Source of the DNA: Octopus sinensis
Taxonomy: Eukaryota
Length of the DNA stretch: 64,000 nucleotides
NCBI RefSeq assembly: GCF_006345805.1
Contig: NC_043013.1
Location: 31,124,001 to 31,188,000 of the forward strand
Direction: 5' to 3'
This document shows, piece after piece, positions 57,776-64,000 of this stretch; within the stretch, counting starts at the first letter, position 1, and each line of letters begins with the position of its first letter. Made by a program: the position numbers and the translations under genes. A model generated the notes under the pieces. That model searched no databases, was not told the DNA's origin, and saw nothing but the letters and a program-made list of their open reading frames with translations.

Positions 57776-58747
57776 GTTTTCTCTCAAATTTTTTCTTCAG
57801 TCGTTGTCGTCTGCGGAACTGATTGTTTTCATATTTGAAGCCAGTATTAGTAATATTTCCAACGGAATGCTTGACTGAACGCTAACACACTTTAGTGCTG
57901 TAATACTATAACCATTCCCCAATGTATTATTCATATTCATATACTATTTTACAAAAAAATTCTTGTTTTATCTTGTTTGTTTATAAAATATTGCTTAGAA
58001 TCGTCTTGATGTTATAAAGCTATAGCAACAATAAGTGCTGTCATGCACATTATAAAGAGTCGCCATTATACGATAGAGTTAAATGGGAAGAAAATTCAAC
58101 AAAAGACACAAACCGTTCAATTCATGCTCGATAGTTGTCTTATTTGATAATGTTGAGTCTTCTGTAATTTCGTATTATGGATCGTTCTTTGGTTCAGAAA
58201 TATATAATGACAAGAAGTATTGGACATAAAAAAGAAGGCATTTGTGCACGAATATTTTGGAAATTATATTGACTTTAGAAATTTAGGTATGCATATGTGA
58301 TTCATTCTTTCAAAAAATATAAATGAATACTACGCGTAAACATAAAAATGATTTTAATTATATCTTTGGAAAATTATAGGCAACCACACGCACAACCAAT
58401 CTATTGCTCACTTGCGAAGAAAGAATAAATTAGATTCTATAAAAACGTAAACAAATAACAGGAAAATACTTAAAGACGTATGTCAGGGGCCTTCAAAATG
58501 TTTTTGTAGTATCAAAGCAATCCAGACACATTAAGTATTCGTGAGCAATATAAAGCAATATAACAGTCAATATACAGCGGAGAATGCCGCATTAAAAAGC
58601 CAACTAAATATTTTATGTATTGGAGTATGTTCATATTGTCGCATAAATATGGAGGCGCATGGCTTAGAGGGTAGGGTATTCAGCTCACGTTTATATACAG
58701 ATACACACGCTCGCAGAGACAGACCGACCGACCGACAGACATATAGT

Positions 58748-58763
58748 CAGATAGATAGATAGG

Positions 58764-58857
<94 letters not shown>

Positions 58858-58868
58858 TATAGATAAAT
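58748..58868. repeat. (GATA)n microsatellite
   Basis: Seen directly. Confidence 0.97.
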
Positions 58869-59672
58869 AGGTTTAAAGGCATCTCAGCTAGCAGTCTTCT
58901 TCGTGATAAGTTGATAAGAAGAAAACCTCGAAGTTAGACGTATCTACGAACTGTATGTCAATAGGATACCACGCAGAACAGCAACGTTAAACACGCCACA
59001 TCGTAAGTTAATGGATTTGAAAAGTGCTTGCTTTGTTTAGTCGAAAGTTATCTAATCCTGTTTAAACCTGATCTATTACTGAACCCAAAGATCTGAGAAT
59101 TTCCTTAAACGTTAGCTGTACGACGTGTGTCTATTATCGAGCTAAAACATATTCAGTATTCAGTCTTTACAAGCATTAACCTTCCCACACTTAGTGAATC
59201 ACAACAACCATATCATTCCCGATTCTATGGAATCTGAATTATATAGGAACACAAATCTTTGTTCCTTTAGCTCCATATTTCTTTTTATTTGTCTTCTCGT
59301 TCCATAGATTTCTTTCAGTTATTTCCACTCGTGTTTTCTTGTACTTTCTCTCTTTTCTTATAAAACAACCGAGTTGCAGTTTGAATTTAAATCATTGCTT
59401 GGAAATACACGGCGTACTATACAAGTGAGTCCGACCATTGTATTTCAGAGATATGAAATACTAATACCTTTAATCTAAAACAGGTGTATACTAAATGATA
59501 TACATAGATACACACCATTAGAGGCGTAGCCATATCAGCGTCCCAACTAAACAGATCCCTCTTGCTTGCTCTACCACCTCCTTACAGCATGAGTATCCTG
59601 AGTAATAGAGACAAGGAAGAAAAGAAACAAGGAAGAACAGAGACATGGACGAATAGAGGCATGTGTGTGTGT

Positions 59673-60362
59673 GTGGTTATAGAACAGCCATGTTCTATAA
59701 CCACAAAAATTAGGGATACAATTCTTTCTAGCGTGTAGAATCCCTACAAGTGGATTCCTTCTGTGTTTAAATATACACTATATCGTATGACTAATATATA
59801 GTCTTTTTGACTAAATTTTCTAACACGTTAAACTACTGGAAATGTTAATTTTAATTAATTTCCATTTCCCTTTGATATGATTAAATACTGTAAGCTTTTG
59901 GATAATTATCTGTTTTAAAAGTTGACGGTTTTTATTAAGGTCAGTGAAGGGCTGCGACTGCGCAGTTAATTTTGAAAAGGTTAGGGCTTATAAACACGAG
60001 ACAAGTAGTTTTGATTGTTCCCTGTGTATACGTTTAACTCTAGGTTGGAACTGCTGAGGAAGATCAAACCTAGTGAGGTCTCCTTAATTCACTAAAATAA
60101 GATCAGAAACCAATTGGTCCAGGAAACTAAAGGTTTTTCATTTCTAAATTCATTCCTGTCGAAATTTATCCCTTATTTTTGTGGTTATAGAACATAGCTG
60201 TTCTTTCTAGCGTGTAGAATCCCTATAAGTAGATTCCTCATGTGTTTAAATACACACTATATCGTATGACTAATATATAGTCTTTTTGACTAAGTTTTCT
60301 TACACGTTTGTCCATTGGAAATGTAAATTTTAATTAATTTCCATTTCCCTTTGATATGATTA
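59673..60362 (+). mobile_element. Non-coding element with 162-bp direct repeats, an inverted 5' junction and an internal hammerhead (Penelope pLTR / retrozyme-like)
   Basis: Direct repeats at 59722-59883 and 60201-60362. A perfect 14-bp hairpin at 59673-59704 and its continuation are the inverse of ~60168-60195. The 3' end runs into (TA)n. Confidence 0.72.
60051..60122 (+). ncRNA. Type-I hammerhead ribozyme motif
   Basis: CTG-CTGAGGA-AGATC..TAGTGA..TCACTA..GATCA-GAAA-CCAATTGG-TC-CAG. Both core boxes are intact, the triplet is GUC, stem III is a perfect palindrome (ACCAATTGGT), and stem II is extended with an A-A mismatch at its base. Confidence 0.72.
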
Positions 60363-60363
60363 T

Positions 60364-60397
<34 letters not shown>

Positions 60398-60450
60398 GAT
60401 ATATATATATATACATACACACACATATATATACATATATATATATATAG

Positions 60451-60522
<72 letters not shown>

Positions 60523-60541
60523 TATATATACATACACACAC

Positions 60542-60578
<37 letters not shown>

Positions 60579-60593
60579 ATATATATATATATG

Positions 60594-60640
<47 letters not shown>

Positions 60641-60644
60641 TATA

Positions 60645-60677
<33 letters not shown>

Positions 60678-60748
60678 GATATATATATATATATATAGAT
60701 ATATATATATATATATATATATATATCTATATATATATATATATATAT
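60360..60748. repeat. (TA)n compound microsatellite
   Basis: Seen directly; source of the spurious 191-aa ORF. Confidence 0.95.
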
Positions 60749-60854
60749 GGTTCTGGGTTCAGTCCCTTGGACAAGCGACGTCTACTATATCCTCGGGCCG
60801 ACCAAAACCTTGTGAGTGGATTGGTAGATGGAAACTTAAAGAAGCCCGTCGTAG

Positions 60855-60911
<57 letters not shown>

Positions 60912-61200
60912 TAGTGTATGTATGTGTGTGAGTGTGTGTATGTGTGTGTGTGTGTTAGTGTATGTATGTGTGTGAGTGTGTGTATGTGTGTGTGCTTGTG
61001 TGTCTGTTTATCCCCCACCATCACTTAACCGATGCGGGTGTGTTTACGTCCACGTAACTTAGTGATACTGCAGAAGAGACCGATAGAATAAAAAAACAAG
61101 GCTAACAACGAATCAGTCTTGAAGTCGATTTATGAGACTAAAGACGGTTCTCCAGCATGGGCGCAGTCAAATGATTGAAAGAATTAAAAAAATAAAATAA
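60748..61200 (+). mobile_element. SINE family A, 5'-truncated, with expanded internal microsatellite
   Basis: ggttctgggttcagtccc...gggccgaccaaaaccttgtgagtggattggtaga...ctccagcatgggcgcagtcaaatgattgaaa. Confidence 0.82.
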
Positions 61201-62156
61201 TATTTTTCTTCAACAAATTTTCTTCAACAAAAACAATAACAATATTTAACTAAAACATCTTTAAGTGACGGTCTGACCGTCTGCCAAGCAAATGGGAAGC
61301 AGTAATTGAAGTAGATGCTGAATATGCTCCGGAATAACCATTTAAAGATGTTTGTTTTTACATGTTCTTATTATTTTCGTTGAATATAATTTGTTGAAAA
61401 GAGCCTAATAATTATGCACCAACCCATATACATAAATAAATTAGTTATCTAGCAAGATATTAGATAGATAGATAGATAGATAGATAGATTGATAGAGAGA
61501 GAGATACGCACGCACACATATGTATCCATACTTGCATATATATAGACATACATAAATATGTAAGGCATATTTAGTTAAAGTGGGTTTTTCGCTTAGAGAA
61601 CGTAAAACGATTATTCGATCATTAGTACTGTTGTGCGCAATTGTCTGAATCACTTCTTGCATCTTAGAAATGTTCCTGTCTGAATCAATAATATACACTA
61701 AAGCATGATTTGGGTAGTCAATTCCTATTTCTTTCTAAACCAAATTTTAACTTTAGTATATACATTCCATCGTTTAACCAGAATATTTGGCAACTTAACC
61801 AAAAAATATCAAATCGGCCCAGAACTTCTGGGTAAATTTGCGCAGACGGAACTGTTTAGAAGACCACTGGATTGATTGTACGTCTATCTAAAATATAAAC
61901 AAATTTGCTAAAATCTATATCACGATTAATCTGCCCATCCTCTTGCAAGGCTCAGTAGAGAAGCAAATAATTTCATTGAATCTTTGTCGGTAGAATGACA
62001 CAGATCCAATACGTTGAATATTGCACGAACTGAGATCCCCACTGGGAGGTCACTAGCTTACAACTGAATCTACTTATATTGAATGTCATTCTAAATTGCG
62101 GAGTTTTAGAGCAGTTATACTATTTTCTATAGATTGGGTGTCCCATTCGCGCCGAG

Positions 62157-62337
62157 CTTCTTCTTCTTCTTCTTCTTCTTCTTCTTCTTCTTCTTCTTCT
62201 TCTTCTTCTTCTTCTTCTTCTTCTTCTTCTTCTTCTTCTCATCCTCCTCCTCCTCCTCCCTCTTCTTCTTCTTCTTCTTCTTACTCTTCTTCTTCGTCTT
62301 CTTCTTCTTCGTCATCTTCGTCTTCTTTTCTTCTTCT
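62157..62337. repeat. (TTC)n polypyrimidine microsatellite
   Basis: Seen directly; source of the poly-Ser, poly-Phe and poly-Lys ORFs. Confidence 0.97.
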
Positions 62338-62714
62338 CCATATATATATATAGATAGATATAAAGCGACAGACATACAGACGGACAGACAGATACGTTTA
62401 CTGTTTGTTTGGTCATTTATACCCACGACTACAGCGATGACAATTATAATGAATTTATTCAATTGTCAACAATATTATTACATTATATATTTTACAATTA
62501 TGATTTTTGTAATTATACTAGTAATTAACGTTACCGCCGCTTTCCTCAATTCGTTTCACTGCTGTGCAATTTATTCCCGTTATTCTCAAATCTGAATTAA
62601 TTTGTCATCGCTATGTAATGCATTAAATATATTTAAATTGAAAGACTGTATCCTACGACGTTAAATTTTCTTCCAGCTTATGTAATATTTTTGGCAGAAC
62701 CATCATATGTATAT

Positions 62715-62871
62715 TCTCTTTTACTCTTTTACTTGTTTCAGTCATTTGACTGCGGCCATGCTGGAGCACCACCTTTTAGTACTTATTCTATCGGTCTCTT
62801 TTTGCCGAACCGCTAAGTGACGGGGACACAAACACACCAGCATCGGTTGTCAAGCAATGCTAGGGGGATAA

Positions 62872-62932
<61 letters not shown>

Positions 62933-63093
62933 CATATATACGACGGGCTTCTTCAGTTTCCGTCTACCAAATCCACTCACAAGGCATTGGTCGGCCCGGG
63001 GCTATAGCAGAAGACACTTGCCCAAGATGCCACGCAGTGGGACTGAACCCGAAACTGTGTGGTTGGTTAGCAAGCTACTTACCACACAGCCAC
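62715..63093 (-). mobile_element. SINE family A
   Basis: Closely similar to 11897-12311 apart from a short internal deletion near the tail. Confidence 0.9.
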
Positions 63094-64000
63094 ATTTAAT
63101 TTTTAATTAATTTTGAATTCATTGTCATTCCAATCTTCTGAACATTACTTCTATCATCACCTTTGAATTTTTATTCAGCATGGCAATTTCGAAGCATATT
63201 TTAATCGCATATTACCCATTTCAAATTTTTTTTTTTAAATGTATTTGTGAGATCTTTGTGGAATATAAATTAATTTGTTACACAATAAATCAAAATTTAG
63301 TTACGGTTTGTTTGAAGCCAAAACCTGTAAATGTCATTCTTATATTTCACAAAAAGAAACAATGCATTGCTAGTTATGTTTAATTATTACAGATAGAAAA
63401 CTGAACCTTAATGGGATATATCTATCTATCTATCTACCTATCTACCTACTTATCTATATATATATATATAAATACATCAAGCAACACACATTTGGTGAAA
63501 TCTTAGAATAAGTGTATTCGCTGACAAGTAATACTCCAGCGCAAAGTACGTCTCTTGTTTTGGTTCTGTACCAATATTTACAATGTTACGATTAGTTTAA
63601 ATATATGTTTGTGCTTCTAAATATATGTGAATAAAGATGAAAAAAATATGAGCGAAAGTATGTATGAGAGAACTGAATGTGGTGTAAAATACAAGCAACT
63701 CTTGACTATTCACTTGGGTGGAAAAAACTTCTGCAGATAAAGCAATGCTGGTCGTCGGAGTATTTAGTTGTCCACATAAGTGTTCTAAAGGAAGCTTGCA
63801 GTGCACACTGGAACACAAAACATCCTGTATTGAAATATGTGTAAATCAGTATCAGACTTTAAATGCCACTAATTGTTTCGCTCAAAAGTCAGGTGCATTT
63901 GTAGACTTCTTAGAGTATTCTATATACTTGATTTTTGATATAAAGTTGCACTTTGTTTGGTATTATAAAATTGCGCTGTAGACATTACATTTACGCTTGG

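Overview
AT-rich, microsatellite-dense eukaryotic DNA. Its SINE complement and repeat style suggest an octopus/coleoid cephalopod genome (inference). I found no intact host gene, so the window is probably intergenic or intronic, and nearly all listed ORFs are translations of (TA)n/(CA)n/(TAA)n repeats. The window is a mosaic of mobile elements: two R4/Dong-type non-LTR retrotransposon copies sitting in (TAA)n (one with an apparently open RT frame running off the window edge), three decayed Tc1/mariner elements, a CR1/L2-group LINE 3' end, a Helitron helicase relic, an intact non-autonomous Helitron, Penelope-like remnants and many tRNA-derived SINEs. The two most notable signals are (1) an intronless, 3'-truncated TIM23 coding fragment inserted inside a mariner element that still has both TIRs, and (2) a set of short non-coding fold-back/direct-repeat elements in (TA)n tracts that carry type-I hammerhead ribozyme motifs with palindromic stem III (best at 60051-60122 and 56736-56794). 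All calls come from manual reading; no searches were run.
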